DNA of 64,000 nucleotides from Bdellovibrionales bacterium (GTDB lineage Bacteria; Bdellovibrionota; Bdellovibrionia; Bdellovibrionales; UBA1609): NCBI GenBank assembly GCA_014323935.1, contig JACOND010000001.1, positions 30,348 to 94,347 of the forward strand, read 5' to 3'. Shown piece by piece: positions 63,823 to 64,000 of this stretch (position 1 is its first letter; each line of letters starts with the position of its first letter). The notes under the pieces were generated by a model. It saw only the letters and a program-made list of their open reading frames with translations, ran no database searches and was not told where the DNA came from. The position numbers and the translations under genes were made by a program.

Positions 63823-64000
63823 ATTAGTAAAATAATAAATTCTCTAACAAAAATCAATCTCTTTAATTTTTAATAAATTTTAAATTTATCTTTCTAAAAA
63901 AAACCTTTATTATTTTTAGTTTTTTTTTAATATAAAAACCCTACGATTAGAGTATAAACTCATTTTTTTATCTTTACTTTTGGATTATTTTCTTATACTT

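Overview
This is a strongly AT-rich, tightly packed bacterial chromosome segment read with the standard code; TAA, TGA and TAG each terminate well-supported genes. I can support 65 protein-coding genes, one decayed paralogue, several small repeat families and a few candidate RNA or DNA structures. I see no rRNA, tRNA, CRISPR array, transposase, integrase or phage gene.

Most of the window is housekeeping:
- mltG, an AstA-like gene plus an ALDH, rnhA, ileS-lspA-rluB, ppx and gatCAB
- a tryptophanase/TPL-family lyase, ligA, tkt, nrnA, greA, sohB, cysS and a ferredoxin
- a GT2, an orphan histidine kinase with a CheY-like receiver, hpt, bamD, an AmgK-like kinase and lysA
- menE-C-A-B, rsmE, csrA, dnaX-recR, rluD, tsaB, rseP and uppS-frr-pyrH-tsf-rpsB
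- two MltD/Slt-type lytic transglycosylases and a LysR regulator

The gene content includes diderm envelope genes, type IV pilins, an MglA-like protein, CsrA and a Bd0055-like histone-fold protein. This suggests a Bdellovibrionota/Oligoflexia-like organism, but that is inference only.

The non-housekeeping signal sits in four pockets:
1. 24.46-30.4 kb: a mosaic of duplicated cassettes carrying small Sec-signal ankyrin-repeat genes (two intact, one with two in-frame stops, plus a fourth ANK gene). It also holds gene-fragment relics and a recurring AATAACT/AGTTATT palindrome.
2. 41.7-43.25 kb: two paralogous type IV pilin genes with conserved ends and a variable core. They are flanked by relics of the menE 3' end and the menA 5' end.
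3. 19.8-20.05 kb: a 74-aa histone-fold-like protein.
4. 51.84-54.15 kb: an MglA-like protein with degenerate GTPase motifs abutting recR, next to three small family-less proteins.

I did not find a complete, self-evidently new multi-gene system. The ankyrin cassette island and the degenerate MglA-like module are the best leads. All functional calls rest on motif and colinearity recognition by eye, not on database searches.
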